This document shows positions 8,869 to 20,294 of a stretch of DNA of 32,000 bases, one piece after another. The notes under the pieces are model-generated. The model did not search any database. It had not been told where the DNA came from and saw only the letters and a list, made by a program, of their open reading frames with translations. Position 1 is the stretch's first letter. Every line of letters starts with the position of its first letter. This DNA is from Nitrosospira multiformis ATCC 25196 (GTDB taxonomy: Bacteria; Pseudomonadota; Gammaproteobacteria; Burkholderiales; Nitrosomonadaceae), in NCBI RefSeq assembly GCF_000196355.1, contig NC_007614.1:2520001-2552000 (forward strand), in the 5' to 3' direction. The position numbers and the translations under genes are program-made.

Positions 8869-10254
8869 TTATGCTTCCCCTCCAAGTAATTGAGCAACGC
8901 CCTGCTCATCAAAACCACGCATATCTACTTTCAGGTAAGCCACCCCTTCGCTCGCAAGCACCAGCGCCTCATGCACACCGGGCAGCGCCGCCAGTTGCCG
9001 CGAAAGCCCGTGGGCGGTGCCGGTATCCATTACCTGCACGTGGTACATCCTGGTACGAACAGCTGCGGGCGCCTTCATGGTAACGGCAAATATCAGCCAC
9101 AACATGAGAAGCGCCCCGCAGAATGCAAACAGTGCGGTACTTCCGTAATGCTGATAGAGATAGCCCCCGGCGCTGGCACCAATAAACGTACCCAGGAACT
9201 GGACACTGCTATAGACCCCGATGGCGGTGCCTTTTGCCCCTACGGGAGCGATCTTGGAAATGAGCGAAGGCAGCGTCGCTTCCAGCAGATTGAAGGCGGT
9301 GAAGAATACCAGCAGCGCACCCGCAGTGCCCCATATCGAATCGAATGTATAGGCCAGCAGGATCTGGCTTACCAGCAGCACAGCGACGGATATGACAAAC
9401 ACTTGCTTTAGCTTTGCCTTCTTTTCGCTATAGATGATCACTGGAATGATCAGCAGCATGGAAATGACCAGCGCGGGAAAATAGATTTGCCAGTGATGAT
9501 CCGCTGCCAGCCCTGCCTGCCGCAGCGATAGCGGTACCACCAGCCATAGGGCCATCAGTACGGCGTGCAATGCGAAGACACCAAAATCGAGGCGCAACAG
9601 TTCCGGATTTCGGAGGACATTAAAAATTCCCCCTGCGGACGCTTCCGTATCCGAATGGAACCGCCTGTCTGTCGGGTTGGGAACCACCCGCGAAACTACG
9701 ATCATCGCCAGCAGCACCAGCACCCCTGTCATGAAGAAAATTCCGGGCACGCCAATCATGCGGTTGAGCGACGGCGCAATGACCAGAGACAGCGCGAAGG
9801 TAGTTCCTATCGTCATGCCGATCGCCGCCATTGCCTTGGTGCGGTGTTCTTCGCGTGTGAGATCCGCGGCAAGCGCCATCACAGCCGCCGAAATCGCCCC
9901 TGCTCCCTGGATGACACGGCCAGCGATTACCCAGTAAATATCCGTTGCTGCGGCTGCGACAAAACTGCCCAGGGCGAACAGGAGCAGGCCGCCATAAATC
10001 ACCGGTTTGCGGCCGAAGCGATCAGACAGCCAGCCGAACGGAACCTGCAATATCGCCTGCGTCAACCCGTACGCGCCCAGTGCAATCCCGACCAGCGTGT
10101 AATTGTCGCCTCCCGGCAGATGTTCGGCGTAAAACGCGAATACCGGGAGAATGATGAACATTCCCAGCATGCGGAGGCCGTAAATACTCGCCAGGCCCGC
10201 GATCGCGCGTATCTCTGGGGGTGACAGTTTCTCGGAAGACGATGAGGGGGACAT
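8869..10254 (-). CDS. Major facilitator superfamily transporter with an extra C-terminal soluble domain
   Basis: 461 aa; multiple TM segments, [26 protein letters not shown] motif. Its stop abuts the ssb start. Confidence 0.92.
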   Translation of the reverse strand: MSPSSSSEKLSPPEIRAIAGLASIYGLRMLGMFIILPVFAFYAEHLPGGDNYTLVGIALGAYGLTQAILQVPFGWLSDRFGRKPVIYGGLLLFALGSFVAAAATDIYWVIAGRVIQGAGAISAAVMALAADLTREEHRTKAMAAIGMTIGTTFALSLVIAPSLNRMIGVPGIFFMTGVLVLLAMIVVSRVVPNPTDRRFHSDTEASAGGIFNVLRNPELLRLDFGVFALHAVLMALWLVVPLSLRQAGLAADHHWQIYFPALVISMLLIIPVIIYSEKKAKLKQVFVISVAVLLVSQILLAYTFDSIWGTAGALLVFFTAFNLLEATLPSLISKIAPVGAKGTAIGVYSSVQFLGTFIGASAGGYLYQHYGSTALFAFCGALLMLWLIFAVTMKAPAAVRTRMYHVQVMDTGTAHGLSRQLAALPGVHEALVLASEGVAYLKVDMRGFDEQGVAQLLGGEA

Positions 10255-10366
10255 GAATCAGATTGGGAAAACGCGGAAACTTGAGTATATTAACAGGTTT
10301 GGCCGGTTCTCAGGTAGCCTTGCCTCGGTGGACGAGCAGGCGCCGGACCGTCAGCGAAAGGAGTCA

Positions 10367-13201
10367 ATGGAACTCATCAAGATCCGCGGTGCGCGCACGC
10401 ACAACCTCAAAAACATCAACCTCGACTTGCCGCGCAACAAGCTTGTCGTCATTACGGGCCTGTCCGGCTCGGGCAAGTCTTCGCTGGCGTTCGACACGCT
10501 CTATGCGGAAGGCCAACGGCGTTATGTGGAATCGCTCTCAGCGTACGCCCGCCAGTTCCTGCAATTGATGGAAAAACCGGATGTCGATCTGATTGAAGGA
10601 TTATCGCCCGCCATAGCCATAGAGCAGAAGGCGACTTCCCATAACCCGCGTTCGACTGTCGGCACTGTCACTGAAATACATGATTACCTGCGCCTGCTTT
10701 TCGCACGGGTAGGAGATCCGCAGTGCCCCGATCATGGCATCACGCTGACTGTGCAGAGCGTTTCCCAGATGGTCGATCATGTGCTGCGACTGCCGCCGGA
10801 TACCCGGCTGATGATACTTGCTCCACTGGTAGTGGGGCGCAAGGGCGAGCAGGTGGAGTTGATCGATGAACTGCGCGCGCAGGGCTTCATCCGGCTGCGG
10901 ATCGACGGGAAAGTATACGAAATCGACGCCCTGCCCAAGCTGCAAAAAAACCAGAAGCATACGATCGAGGTGGTAATCGACAGGCTCAAGGTTTCACCGG
11001 ATTCGAAGCAGCGGTTGGCGGAATCATTCGAAACCGCCCTGCGCCACGCCGAGGGGCGCGCACTGGCGGTAGAGATGGATTCCGGGGCAGAGCATCTTTT
11101 TTCAGCCAGGTTCAGTTGCCCGATATGCAGCTATTCGCTGCCCGAACTCGAACCCCGTCTGTTTTCGTTCAACAACCCCATGGGCGCCTGCCCCAAATGC
11201 GATGGCCTGGGCAGAATCACCTTCTTCGATCCCAAACGGATCGTCGCGTTTCCGCATCTGTCACTGGCGGCCGGCGCCATCAAGGGATGGGACAGGCGCA
11301 ACCAGTTTTATCATCAATTACTGGCGAGCCTGGCCAGTCATTACGATTTTGATCTGGAAATACCTTTCGAGCAATTGAACAGCCATATTCAGGATCTCAT
11401 CCTGAATGGATCCGGCAATGAAAAAATCACGTTTTCGTATCTGAACGAAAACGGATCGAGAAATTATCGCAAGCATACGTTCGAGGGAATCCTTCCCAAC
11501 CTGGAACGGCGCTACAAGGAAACCGATTCAGTTACCGTACGCGAGGAACTGGCGAAATACCTGAATTCCCAGCTCTGCCCTGAATGTGCCGGAACCCGCT
11601 TGCGGCGGGAAGCTCGCCATGTGCATGTAGGCGGCATGGCAATATATGAAATCAACGCTTTGCCGCTGAAAGAAGCAAAGGTTTTTTTCGACCAGGTGAC
11701 GCTGACCGGGCATAAGCTTGCCATTGCAGAGAAGATCATCAAGGAAATCTCAAGCCGTATATCATTTCTCAACAATGTCGGACTGGACTACCTGTCGCTG
11801 GATCGCTCCGCCGATACCTTGTCCGGAGGGGAATCCCAGCGCATCCGGCTTGCCAGCCAGATCGGATCAGGTCTCACCGGTGTGATGTATGTGCTCGATG
11901 AGCCTTCCATCGGCCTGCACCAGCGGGACAACAGCCGCCTGCTGAAAACCCTCAAGAATCTGCGCGATCTCGGCAACAGCGTGATCGTGGTGGAACACGA
12001 TCAGGATGCAATACTGACCGCCGATCACGTGATAGACATGGGTCCGGGAGCCGGTGAGCATGGTGGAGCCATTATCGCTCAGGGTACGCCGGAAGCTATC
12101 CAGCGCGACGCCGGTTCCCTTACCGGAAAATACCTTTCGGGCGAATTGACCATAAGCACGCCCGAAAAACGCACCGAACCGAAAAATGACCGCTGGCTGC
12201 GGATTGAAGGCGCATCCGGAAACAACCTGAAAAACGTCACCCTGAACCTGCCCGTGGGATTGTTCGTTTGCGTTACCGGTGTATCCGGCTCGGGTAAATC
12301 CACTCTCATCAACGAAACGCTCTATCAAGCCGCTGCCCGGCATCTTTATGGCAGCGCAACAGAACCCGCTCCCTATCAGAATCTGGAAGGACTGGCGTTT
12401 TTCGACAAAGTGATCAGCGTGGACCAAAGCCCCATCGGACGCACGCCACGCTCGAATCCAGCCACTTATACCGGCTTGTTCACTCCGATCCGGGAGTTAT
12501 TTGCGGGTGTGCCGCAGGCGCGGGAACGCGGCTATGGACCGGGGCGGTTTTCGTTCAATGTGAAGGGGGGGCGTTGCGAAGCCTGCCAGGGTGACGGCAT
12601 GATCAAGGTGGAAATGCACTTTCTCCCCGATATCTATGTATCGTGCGATGTCTGCCACGGCAAGCGCTACAACCGCGAAACGCTGGAGATTCAATACAAG
12701 GGAAAAAACATTCATGAAATCCTGCAGATGACGGTAGAGCAGGCGCATGAATTTTTCAGTCCCGTACCCGTGGTGGCGCGCAAGCTCCAGACCTTGCTGG
12801 ATGTCGGCCTGGGTTACATCAGCCTGGGCCAATCGGCAACGACGCTTTCAGGCGGCGAAGCGCAACGGGTGAAACTGTCGCTGGAGCTCTCCAAACGGGA
12901 TACCGGACGTACGCTCTACATTCTGGATGAACCCACCACCGGGCTTCATTTCCAGGATATCGACCTCCTGCTCAAAGTGTTGCATCGATTGCGCGACCAT
13001 GGCAATACAGTGGTCGTGATCGAACACAACCTGGATGTGATCAAGACTGCGGACTGGATTATCGATCTCGGCCCCGAAGGCGGCGAAGGGGGCGGTGAAA
13101 TCATCGCACAGGGTCCGCCGGAGGAAATAGCAGCGAATGAAAGAAGCTTTACCGGGCATCACCTCAGGGGCATGCTGGAGAATCTTCACGCGACCGCCTG
13201 A
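10367..13201 (+). CDS. uvrA: Excinuclease ABC subunit A
   Basis: Begins [65 protein letters not shown] at 10367 in the ORF called from 10253; two ABC ATPase domains with [11 protein letters not shown] and [11 protein letters not shown], zinc-finger cysteines. Confidence 0.98.
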   Translation: MELIKIRGARTHNLKNINLDLPRNKLVVITGLSGSGKSSLAFDTLYAEGQRRYVESLSAYARQFLQLMEKPDVDLIEGLSPAIAIEQKATSHNPRSTVGTVTEIHDYLRLLFARVGDPQCPDHGITLTVQSVSQMVDHVLRLPPDTRLMILAPLVVGRKGEQVELIDELRAQGFIRLRIDGKVYEIDALPKLQKNQKHTIEVVIDRLKVSPDSKQRLAESFETALRHAEGRALAVEMDSGAEHLFSARFSCPICSYSLPELEPRLFSFNNPMGACPKCDGLGRITFFDPKRIVAFPHLSLAAGAIKGWDRRNQFYHQLLASLASHYDFDLEIPFEQLNSHIQDLILNGSGNEKITFSYLNENGSRNYRKHTFEGILPNLERRYKETDSVTVREELAKYLNSQLCPECAGTRLRREARHVHVGGMAIYEINALPLKEAKVFFDQVTLTGHKLAIAEKIIKEISSRISFLNNVGLDYLSLDRSADTLSGGESQRIRLASQIGSGLTGVMYVLDEPSIGLHQRDNSRLLKTLKNLRDLGNSVIVVEHDQDAILTADHVIDMGPGAGEHGGAIIAQGTPEAIQRDAGSLTGKYLSGELTISTPEKRTEPKNDRWLRIEGASGNNLKNVTLNLPVGLFVCVTGVSGSGKSTLINETLYQAAARHLYGSATEPAPYQNLEGLAFFDKVISVDQSPIGRTPRSNPATYTGLFTPIRELFAGVPQARERGYGPGRFSFNVKGGRCEACQGDGMIKVEMHFLPDIYVSCDVCHGKRYNRETLEIQYKGKNIHEILQMTVEQAHEFFSPVPVVARKLQTLLDVGLGYISLGQSATTLSGGEAQRVKLSLELSKRDTGRTLYILDEPTTGLHFQDIDLLLKVLHRLRDHGNTVVVIEHNLDVIKTADWIIDLGPEGGEGGGEIIAQGPPEEIAANERSFTGHHLRGMLENLHATA

Positions 13202-13226
13202 ATGCATTGAGAGATCGAGGCGCGTG

Positions 13227-14582
13227 ATGAATGCTCGGGCACTCCTGCTCAACAGCTTCGAGGCCGCGCTCGCCGCAGCCGATCCGTTGCGTGTCGTATC
13301 CCCGCATCTTGCTTCCGTATCATCGTGCGCGCTTGCAGTCAAACAGCATGAAGGCTGCATTAGGGACCATATCAGGGGCCATGTCGAGGGACGAGCCCTG
13401 GTGGTAGGTGCAGGCAAGGCTGCGGCGGCAATGGCGCAGGCTGTGGAAACCCATTGGCCTCAAGAGATGCCTTTGAGCGGAATCGTACTCACCCGCTATG
13501 GTCACGGCCTGCCCCTCGAGCGAATCCGGTTGATAGAAGCAGGCCATCCGCTGCCCGACGAAAGCGGGGAGCAAGGGGCTCGTGCCATTCTGGCGGAAAT
13601 AGAAAAACTGGGAGCTGGCGATTTCCTGCTGTGCTTGCTGAGTGGGGGCGGCTCCAGTCTTCTGTCGGTACCGGTAACCGGCATATCGCTCAATGATCTC
13701 CGCGATGTCACTACCCAACTGCTGCGCAGCGGTGCAGCCATCCAGGAAATCAATACTGTACGAAAGCATCTCTCTGCGACAGCGGGCGGGCGATTGGCGG
13801 CTTTGAGCCGTGCGCCGGTATTGGCGCTGATCATTTCCGATGTGACAGGAGACGATCCGACCCATATTGCTTCCGGCCCCTGCGCACCTGATCCCACGAC
13901 GTTCTCCGATGCGCTCGCCATACTCGAACACTATAAAATCAATGCCTCGGCAGCCGTGACGGAAACGTTGCGTGCAGGAGTGGAAGGCAGGCTCAGGGAG
14001 ACGCCCAAACCAGGGGAGGCCGTTTTCGATCAAGTGGAAAACCGGGTGATTGCAACAGCGCATGCTTCACTCGTGGCAGCTGCAGAATATTTTTGTGCCC
14101 AAGGAATTCCAGCTGTAGTGCTGGGAGATTCCGTTACCGGGGAAGCACGCGAGGTGGCGAAGGTCTTCGCCGCGATGGCGAAGGAAGTGCGGCAATATGG
14201 GCGGCCGTGGAAGCGGCCGGTAGCCCTGATCTCAGGAGGCGAAACGACAGTCACATTGCGGGAAAATGAACAAGGATATAAGAAGGAGGGACGGGGGGGC
14301 CGCAATACCACGTTCCTGCTGTCGCTCGCTATCGAGCTGAACGGTGCCGCAAACATCTATGCGCTCGCATGCGATACCGATGGCATAGACGGTACTGAAA
14401 ACAATGCAGGCGCGCTCATCACCCCGGACTCCCTCAGGCGTGCCACCGATCAGCGCATGAACCCTTCATCCTTGCTGACCTGTAATAATGCCTATGCCTT
14501 CTTTGAAGCACTGGGCGATCTGGTCACGACCGGCCCGACCCGAACCAACGTCAACGACTACCGCGTCATACTGATTTTGTAA
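13227..14582 (+). CDS. Glycerate 2-kinase / MOFRL family protein (TtuD-like)
   Basis: Likely start MNARALLLNSFEAALAAADPLRVV at 13227, inside the ORF called from 13137. VVGAGKAAAAMAQAVE, LLCLLSGGGSSLLSVP, EINTVRKHLSATAGGRLA, GDDPTHIASGPCAPDPTTF, CDTDGIDGTENNAGA. Confidence 0.93.
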   Translation: MNARALLLNSFEAALAAADPLRVVSPHLASVSSCALAVKQHEGCIRDHIRGHVEGRALVVGAGKAAAAMAQAVETHWPQEMPLSGIVLTRYGHGLPLERIRLIEAGHPLPDESGEQGARAILAEIEKLGAGDFLLCLLSGGGSSLLSVPVTGISLNDLRDVTTQLLRSGAAIQEINTVRKHLSATAGGRLAALSRAPVLALIISDVTGDDPTHIASGPCAPDPTTFSDALAILEHYKINASAAVTETLRAGVEGRLRETPKPGEAVFDQVENRVIATAHASLVAAAEYFCAQGIPAVVLGDSVTGEAREVAKVFAAMAKEVRQYGRPWKRPVALISGGETTVTLRENEQGYKKEGRGGRNTTFLLSLAIELNGAANIYALACDTDGIDGTENNAGALITPDSLRRATDQRMNPSSLLTCNNAYAFFEALGDLVTTGPTRTNVNDYRVILIL

Positions 14583-14591
14583 ATCTTCGGC

Positions 14592-14628
14592 AGGAGGTCC
14601 GCATCCCTAGATGGCGCCGGAACCTCCT
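14592..14628 (+). terminator. Possible weak terminator after glycerate kinase
   Basis: AGGAGGTCCG ... CGGAACCTCCT inverted repeat with one bulge, followed by only a short T stretch. Confidence 0.3.
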
Positions 14629-14764
14629 TTCGGCTTGATGATACCTATTGCGGAATCTTTCGCTGCTTGCAAATGTCACAAAATCGCAATACTGTTTACA
14701 TATCATCGAAATATAAGAAAAAATCAAAAACGGAGAAGATTCTGACGACAGAAGGAATGATCTA

Positions 14765-15469
14765 ATGGCAGCAACGATACTGGTGGTGGAAGATGAACCC
14801 GCGATCCAGGAGCTGATCTCATATAGTCTTCGGCAGGCCAAGCATACGGTTTCCTCGACAAAAAACGCAGAGGAAGCCATGAAAATCATCAATCATACGC
14901 TACCCGACCTGGTGCTCCTGGATTGGATGCTGCCCGGGATGAGTGGCGCCGATTTTGCCCGCATGCTGCGGCGCGCTGCCCGCACAAAGGATATTCCCAT
15001 TATTATGCTCACCGCCCGTGCGGACGAGAGCGACAAGGTGACCGGCCTGGAAAGCGGCGCCGACGATTACATTACCAAGCCTTTTTCGCCCCGGGAACTG
15101 CTGGCGAGAATCAAGGCCGTGCTACGGCGGCGCGCTCCCGAAGCCGCCGACGATGTTGTGGAGATCGGTGGACTGCGCCTGGATTCGGCCACCCATCGCG
15201 TCACTGCGAATGAGATTGAAGTCGTGCTCGGGCCCACCGAATTCCGCTTGCTGCACTATCTCATGACTCATTCCGAACGGGTACATAGCCGTTCCCAATT
15301 GCTCGATCAGGTATGGGGCGATCATGTATTTGTCGAGGACCGTACCGTGGATGTGCATATCCGCCGCCTGCGCAAGGCCCTCGAAAACGTCGACAAGGAT
15401 GGACTGGTGCAGACAGTGCGGGGCTCCGGCTATCGCCTTTCGGCAGGTCAAGCAGTGAACGCGGGATGA
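14765..15469 (+). CDS. phoB: Phosphate regulon response regulator
   Basis: 234 aa; ILVVEDEPAIQELISYSLRQAKH, LVLLDWMLPGMSGADFARMLRR, winged-helix LLDQVWGDHVFVEDRTVDVHIRRLRKAL. Confidence 0.95.
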   Translation: MAATILVVEDEPAIQELISYSLRQAKHTVSSTKNAEEAMKIINHTLPDLVLLDWMLPGMSGADFARMLRRAARTKDIPIIMLTARADESDKVTGLESGADDYITKPFSPRELLARIKAVLRRRAPEAADDVVEIGGLRLDSATHRVTANEIEVVLGPTEFRLLHYLMTHSERVHSRSQLLDQVWGDHVFVEDRTVDVHIRRLRKALENVDKDGLVQTVRGSGYRLSAGQAVNAG

Positions 15470-15509
15470 AAGCGGGAATGATCTGTTGTAATCGTTCCAA
15501 CTGACGTTC

Positions 15510-16811
15510 GTGTCCGGTTTCTGGGGGCATTTTGCCAATCTCGTACTGATTGCCGTTGTAAGCGGAGTACTGATGACTGTGTCCGGCGCAGCCGCGGCGC
15601 TGACATTTTATGTCGTTGTTCTGTTCCTGCTGGTCCTGCGCCACTCGCACAATCTGAAGCGCCTGGACCGCTGGCTTCGTAGTGAAGAAGCTGTGCTACC
15701 CGACAGCTCCGGCAGATGGGGAGATGTATTCGCGCGCCTGGCCCGGCTCATGCGCGATCAAAAACAAACCCACCAAAACCTCAGTTCCGCTCTGGAGCGC
15801 CTGCGGAGCGCCACCTCAGCCATGCCCGAGGGAGTGGTCATCCTCGATGAAATGGACCGCATCGAATGGTGCAATCCAGTGGCCGAAAAACATCTGGGCA
15901 TCAATGCCAGTCTCGATACCGGGCAGCATATCACGCATCTGATGCGTCAAACCCAGTTCGCGGAATATCTTGCCGCGCGGAATTACAAGGAACCCCTGGT
16001 GATCAAACAACCGCGGCAGCACGAGTTGACGCTCTCGCTGCAGTTCGTTCCTTATGGCGACAAGCAGAAACTGCTCCTCAGCCGTGATATAACCAAGCTT
16101 GAAAGAATCCAGACCATGCGCCGCGATTTTGTCGCCAACGTCTCGCATGAACTGCGCACGCCTTTGACCGTCATCGGTGGGTTTCTCGAAACGCTGTCGG
16201 ACGATAATCAACCCGATCCCGATACCCGCAAATGGGCATTGGAATTGATGAGCGAGCAGACGCGACGCATGCAAAGCCTGGTGGAGGATCTGTTGACTCT
16301 GTCGAGGCTCGAGAATACGGAAAACCAGGTGCGCGAGGAGCACGTCAACATACCGGAAATGTTGCGAACGCTGTATGAGGAAGCGAAATCCCTGAGTGGA
16401 GGACACCATCGCATCACGCTCGAGCTCGATACAACCACAAAACTCCTGGGCAACCTGTTTGACCTGCGCAGCGCCTTCATCAATCTGATCAGCAATGCCA
16501 TACGCTATACTCCTGATGGAGGGAATATAACGCTGCGCTGGGCAATTCAGGACGGGAAAGGTGTATTTTCGGTGCAGGACACGGGGATAGGGATTGAACC
16601 CGAACATATCTCGCGCCTGACGGAGCGTTTTTATCGCGTCGACCGTGGCCGATCGCGTGAAACCGGAGGCACCGGCCTCGGTCTTGCCATTGTCAAGCAC
16701 GTGCTCAGCGGTCACCAGGCGAAGCTGGAAATTACCAGCGAACCGGGCAAAGGCAGTCGCTTCAGCGCAGTGTTTCCGGCTACCCGGCTTCTGATACAGC
16801 AAGGTGAGTAA
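15510..16811 (+). CDS. phoR: Phosphate regulon sensor histidine kinase
   Basis: 433 aa, GTG start; two N-terminal TM segments, PAS-like domain, H box DFVANVSHELRTPLTVIGGFLETL, N box NLISNAIRYTPDGG, G box DTGIGIEPEHISRLTERFYRVDRGRSRETGGTGLGLAIVKHV. Confidence 0.93.
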   Translation: MSGFWGHFANLVLIAVVSGVLMTVSGAAAALTFYVVVLFLLVLRHSHNLKRLDRWLRSEEAVLPDSSGRWGDVFARLARLMRDQKQTHQNLSSALERLRSATSAMPEGVVILDEMDRIEWCNPVAEKHLGINASLDTGQHITHLMRQTQFAEYLAARNYKEPLVIKQPRQHELTLSLQFVPYGDKQKLLLSRDITKLERIQTMRRDFVANVSHELRTPLTVIGGFLETLSDDNQPDPDTRKWALELMSEQTRRMQSLVEDLLTLSRLENTENQVREEHVNIPEMLRTLYEEAKSLSGGHHRITLELDTTTKLLGNLFDLRSAFINLISNAIRYTPDGGNITLRWAIQDGKGVFSVQDTGIGIEPEHISRLTERFYRVDRGRSRETGGTGLGLAIVKHVLSGHQAKLEITSEPGKGSRFSAVFPATRLLIQQGE

Positions 16812-16933
16812 ATAGTAGCCTGCTGCGCGCGGTATAATCGGCTGAATACCATTTCCCCGGAAAGCGGATAACGGATGCAACGAGCAGTGGAACAAACAGA
16901 TCCCGCCGCGGACAATATATCCCTATCCATCGC

Positions 16934-17533
16934 ATGAAGAGACGTACCGTTCCTATGTCCAGAACCCGGCCTGAACATCCCGACCTTACCGAGACCACCG
17001 TCAGCAGTCAGAAGGTTTTTGAAGGCGACCTCCTGCATGTCTATCAGGACCATGCACGCCTCCCAGACGGCAAAGTGAAAATACGCGAGTACATCGCCCA
17101 CCCTGGCGCGGTGGTCATTATCCCATTGCTCGACAATGGCGAACTGGTGCTGGAACGTCAGTTCCGCTACCCGCTGCATCGGGATTTTTACGAATTGCCC
17201 GCTGGAAAAATCGACTCCGGGGAGGATCCACTTGCATGCGCGCAACGGGAACTGCTGGAAGAAACCGGTTATACAGCGAAAAGCTGGCGTTATATCACTA
17301 CCCTGCATCCCTGCATCGGTTACTCGAATGAAAAACTGATCTACTATCTCGCACAGGAACTCACCTTTGAGGGGGCAAACCTCGATGATGGAGAATACCT
17401 GGAGATATTTACCCTGCCGCCGGCAGAAGCACTGGAATGGATAAAGGAAGGAAAAATTACCGACAATAAATCGGTGTCAGGTTTGTTCTGGGCGGAGAAG
17501 ATATTGAGAGGCGAGTGGGCAGTAAAGGAATAG
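16934..17533 (+). CDS. ADP-ribose pyrophosphatase-like Nudix hydrolase
   Basis: 199 aa; Nudix box GEDPLACAQRELLEETGYTAKSW with NudF-like context VVIIPLLDNGELVLERQFRYPLHRDFYELPAGKID. Confidence 0.92.
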   Translation: MKRRTVPMSRTRPEHPDLTETTVSSQKVFEGDLLHVYQDHARLPDGKVKIREYIAHPGAVVIIPLLDNGELVLERQFRYPLHRDFYELPAGKIDSGEDPLACAQRELLEETGYTAKSWRYITTLHPCIGYSNEKLIYYLAQELTFEGANLDDGEYLEIFTLPPAEALEWIKEGKITDNKSVSGLFWAEKILRGEWAVKE

Positions 17534-17612
17534 AAGAGAAAAGTAGCAGAGATTGTACAAATCAGGTGGTTCGGCTGCCCAAAGCTTTTGGCCTAAAAAA
17601 CTTCGCCTGTCC

Positions 17613-18245
17613 CTATTGATCTGCGCGTGATCGCAGTCGCTGGGGCGTACAAAGTTTATTGAGCAGGGTAATGGCAGAGAACGTGTTGCTCCCACCGCGG
17701 CCTTTTCCTGCCTGGTCATGCACTCTGCTTATTTCCAGAGTATCTCCCTGTACCTGCGCACTTACAGTGTAGGCATCGAAACCGAAATCTTTACCGAAGT
17801 CGATCCAGTCGATGGGTAGAATAAACTCCGCTCCGTTGACTATACGCCTGGCATTCAAACCAGCAGGCAGATTACTCTCTTGTGGCGCTTTCAATACCTG
17901 GGGCAGGACAGTCTTATCGGACTGAAGCTCCGTTTCATACACCAGAACCTTATCGCCATTTTCTTTATTTATCGGAATGAGGAAAACATAGACTTTTCCA
18001 TGCAGTATACGCAGCAGCAAGTGATCCGCAACTTCCCCCTGCCCTCTTTCTCCCCTGGTCTTCGCCTGAAATACCAGATGATCATCCGGAGAAATATCGG
18101 TGGTCACAGATAGAATATCGAGCTCGGGAGACAACCCTTTGTCCATGAAAGATACGATCGTACGGGGATCGGCATCGATCTGCATGGCGGATGCAGTGAG
18201 AGAGAAGACCATCAGCAGTGGGAGCAGTACATTTGAGCGACTCAT
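17613..18245 (-). CDS. Hypothetical secreted protein
   Basis: 210 aa; signal peptide MSRSNVLLPLLMVFSLTASAMQ. Overlaps the upstream SCO-like gene by 4 bp. Confidence 0.7.
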   Translation of the reverse strand: MSRSNVLLPLLMVFSLTASAMQIDADPRTIVSFMDKGLSPELDILSVTTDISPDDHLVFQAKTRGERGQGEVADHLLLRILHGKVYVFLIPINKENGDKVLVYETELQSDKTVLPQVLKAPQESNLPAGLNARRIVNGAEFILPIDWIDFGKDFGFDAYTVSAQVQGDTLEISRVHDQAGKGRGGSNTFSAITLLNKLCTPQRLRSRADQ

Positions 18246-18862
18246 GATTCAAACAATGTCCTGTTCTTGCGAAATAAATCTTCTATATCGGTGGCGTCCG
18301 TCAATGCATCGAATATCACCCTGATATTTCCGGCGGGATCGATCAGAAACGCAGTAGTGCTATGATCCACCTGATAATTCTGCATGTTCCCGGCATTTTT
18401 CGTATAGAAGGCGGTTTCCACACTGAAAGCGGCCTTGAAGCGCTCCAGTTCCCCACCCTCGAGCCGCAAATAACCAAGGTCGGTTCCGAAGGCCTTGATG
18501 TACTGTGACAGCGTTGCGTCGGTGTCCCGGTCCGGATCTATTGTTACAAAGAGTCCACTGAGCCTGATCCGTTCGGCGGCGCCAGCTTTGACCAGCATGG
18601 AGAGATTGGCGAGCGACGCCGGACAGACATCCTTGCAGTGGGCAAACCCGAAAACGATCAATTGCCACCTCCCGGGATCTTTGCCCGCATGGACCTGATT
18701 CAACCGGACGGCAGCCTCGGGAAGCAAGGGTATCGGGCGGCGCAGGAGAACTGTAGTCGCCTCGCTTCCGGCACTCGCTGCCAGAAGCAAGATTGCCAGC
18801 ATGGCGCTGAAGTATTTCCGGTATATTCCCGAGCGGATTTTGCTGATGTTTTTCATAGTCAA
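18242..18862 (-). CDS. SCO1/SenC-family thioredoxin-like copper protein
   Basis: 206 aa; LIVFGFAHCKDVCPASLANLSMLV (CxxxC) and QNYQVDHSTTAFLIDPAGNIRVIF (conserved His region). Confidence 0.88.
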   Translation of the reverse strand: MTMKNISKIRSGIYRKYFSAMLAILLLAASAGSEATTVLLRRPIPLLPEAAVRLNQVHAGKDPGRWQLIVFGFAHCKDVCPASLANLSMLVKAGAAERIRLSGLFVTIDPDRDTDATLSQYIKAFGTDLGYLRLEGGELERFKAAFSVETAFYTKNAGNMQNYQVDHSTTAFLIDPAGNIRVIFDALTDATDIEDLFRKNRTLFES

Positions 18863-18960
18863 GTCAATGGATTCTTGGTTGGCTTCCGAACAGGGTCCAC
18901 CCTGTTCAATTTCCGGGAAGATCCCCGAAGGAGAAGATGGGCCGGAATACGAAATAAAGG
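18794..18960. repeat. Copy A of an imperfect direct repeat of about 170 bp covering the SCO-like gene's upstream leader and N-terminal coding sequence
   Basis: Shares ctgaagtatttccggtatat.cccgagcggattttgctgatgt.tttcatagtc.agtcaatg and cccaccctgttcaat.tccgg / cccgaaggagaagatgggccggaat.cgaa with 20232-20403. Confidence 0.88.
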
Positions 18961-19019
18961 ACTGCGGTAAATGTCGTTATTCAGCCCATTAGCGGACATG
19001 CATGACGGTGAAGTTGAAT

Positions 19020-20294
19020 TCACATTTGCAGCTGGAATGCCAGTTTAAAAACATCGACCTTGTCACCTGTTACATCCGGCGCATAGTTGATGCCTTTGGT
19101 GCGAAGATCACCGTGCTGGTAGTACGCTGAAATACGGGCGTTGAAGCCGCTGATGACATAATTCACCCCAGCCTCGATTTCTTCCCGTTTGCTGCTGTTG
19201 TCAGGCTGAACTCTGGTAAATCTCCCATAAGGCTGAAATTGCCCGATCCCTACCTTGACGGGAAGCAGGTAGAGCCCGGTGACACCCCATGATTTTCCGT
19301 CGAATATGCAGAAGCAGTCCGGATCGGCAAAGGCCAGCGGCGAGTAATTGGCATAGAATTGCTTGTAATCACCGTTGACGGTAACTACACCCATATTTTT
19401 TGGCAGGACCTTTTCAAACAGGACATCGCCGACGAGACCCAGGAAATCGCTGGGATGCGCAAACGATCCGGCACCATCCTTTTGATATGAAGTACCGGCC
19501 GCGAGCGCCAGAATGTCGCCAGCCTGGCCGAAGTAGGTATTACGGGTGTAATAACCCGGATTCGGCTCGGGGTTCAGGAAATTGTAGGTAAGACGCCCGG
19601 CCCATGCCACACTATCCCCCTGATTGGGTCCCATGCGCGCTGCCGTGGATGACTGCAAGCCCCTGTACACGCCGAGCGCGTAGCCCAAGGTGCCTTTGAT
19701 GAAGCCGGGCTCGACGCTCCCCCAGAAGGTCCCACCGTCATCATGTCCATACCGGCCTGCGCCGAGGCTGCCGAATTTAGTACTGAATCCTTGGGGGAAG
19801 AACGGCGTTTTGATGGCATCGTGTGTCGCGTGATAAAAAGGGGCACTCAATTCGCCCCGCTCCGTGGGCACCAGCATGCGCCCACCCCAGAAATTGACAA
19901 AGCGGTTGATCTCGACCTTTCCGATTGCGGCCAGAACGTTGTAGGACATCCTGGGGGTATCCTCGGGATGGGTGTTATTGCAGAAAGTACATTCGGTGTA
20001 GCTTTCGAATTTGACATACTTGTGGATCTGTCCGTTGAGATAGACACGGGCATTGTCGATGCTGAAACCGCTCTGGAAATTACCGGTATCCCTGTTTTCG
20101 ACCCATACGCCCGAACCACGGAAACCGATGCCGAGAGTAAACCACTTGGTGTCATCGATAACCCACTTGGGACCATCCGCAATATGACCATTCATCGCGA
20201 ATGCCTCGGGCAGCAAAAACAGAAAACTTAATGCCAGCATAGTGCTGAAGTATTTCCGGTATATCCCCGAGCGGATTTTGCTGATGTATTTCAT
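19020..20294 (-). CDS. Porin-like outer-membrane beta-barrel protein
   Basis: 424 aa; signal peptide MKYISKIRSGIYRKYFSTMLALSFLFLLPEAFA, then aromatic-rich alternating strands such as VNFWGGRMLVPTERGE and ISAYYQHGDLRTKG, C-terminal DVFKLAFQLQM. Confidence 0.75.
   Translation of the reverse strand: MKYISKIRSGIYRKYFSTMLALSFLFLLPEAFAMNGHIADGPKWVIDDTKWFTLGIGFRGSGVWVENRDTGNFQSGFSIDNARVYLNGQIHKYVKFESYTECTFCNNTHPEDTPRMSYNVLAAIGKVEINRFVNFWGGRMLVPTERGELSAPFYHATHDAIKTPFFPQGFSTKFGSLGAGRYGHDDGGTFWGSVEPGFIKGTLGYALGVYRGLQSSTAARMGPNQGDSVAWAGRLTYNFLNPEPNPGYYTRNTYFGQAGDILALAAGTSYQKDGAGSFAHPSDFLGLVGDVLFEKVLPKNMGVVTVNGDYKQFYANYSPLAFADPDCFCIFDGKSWGVTGLYLLPVKVGIGQFQPYGRFTRVQPDNSSKREEIEAGVNYVISGFNARISAYYQHGDLRTKGINYAPDVTGDKVDVFKLAFQLQM

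Noticed and set aside
14640-14764. Pho box upstream of phoB
   Set aside because: aatgtcacaaaatcgcaatactgtttac only loosely resembles CTGTCATnnnnCTGTCAT; too degenerate to call.
15816-16895. 359-aa minus-strand ORF
   Set aside because: Antisense to phoR, which has all the histidine-kinase boxes; shadow frame.
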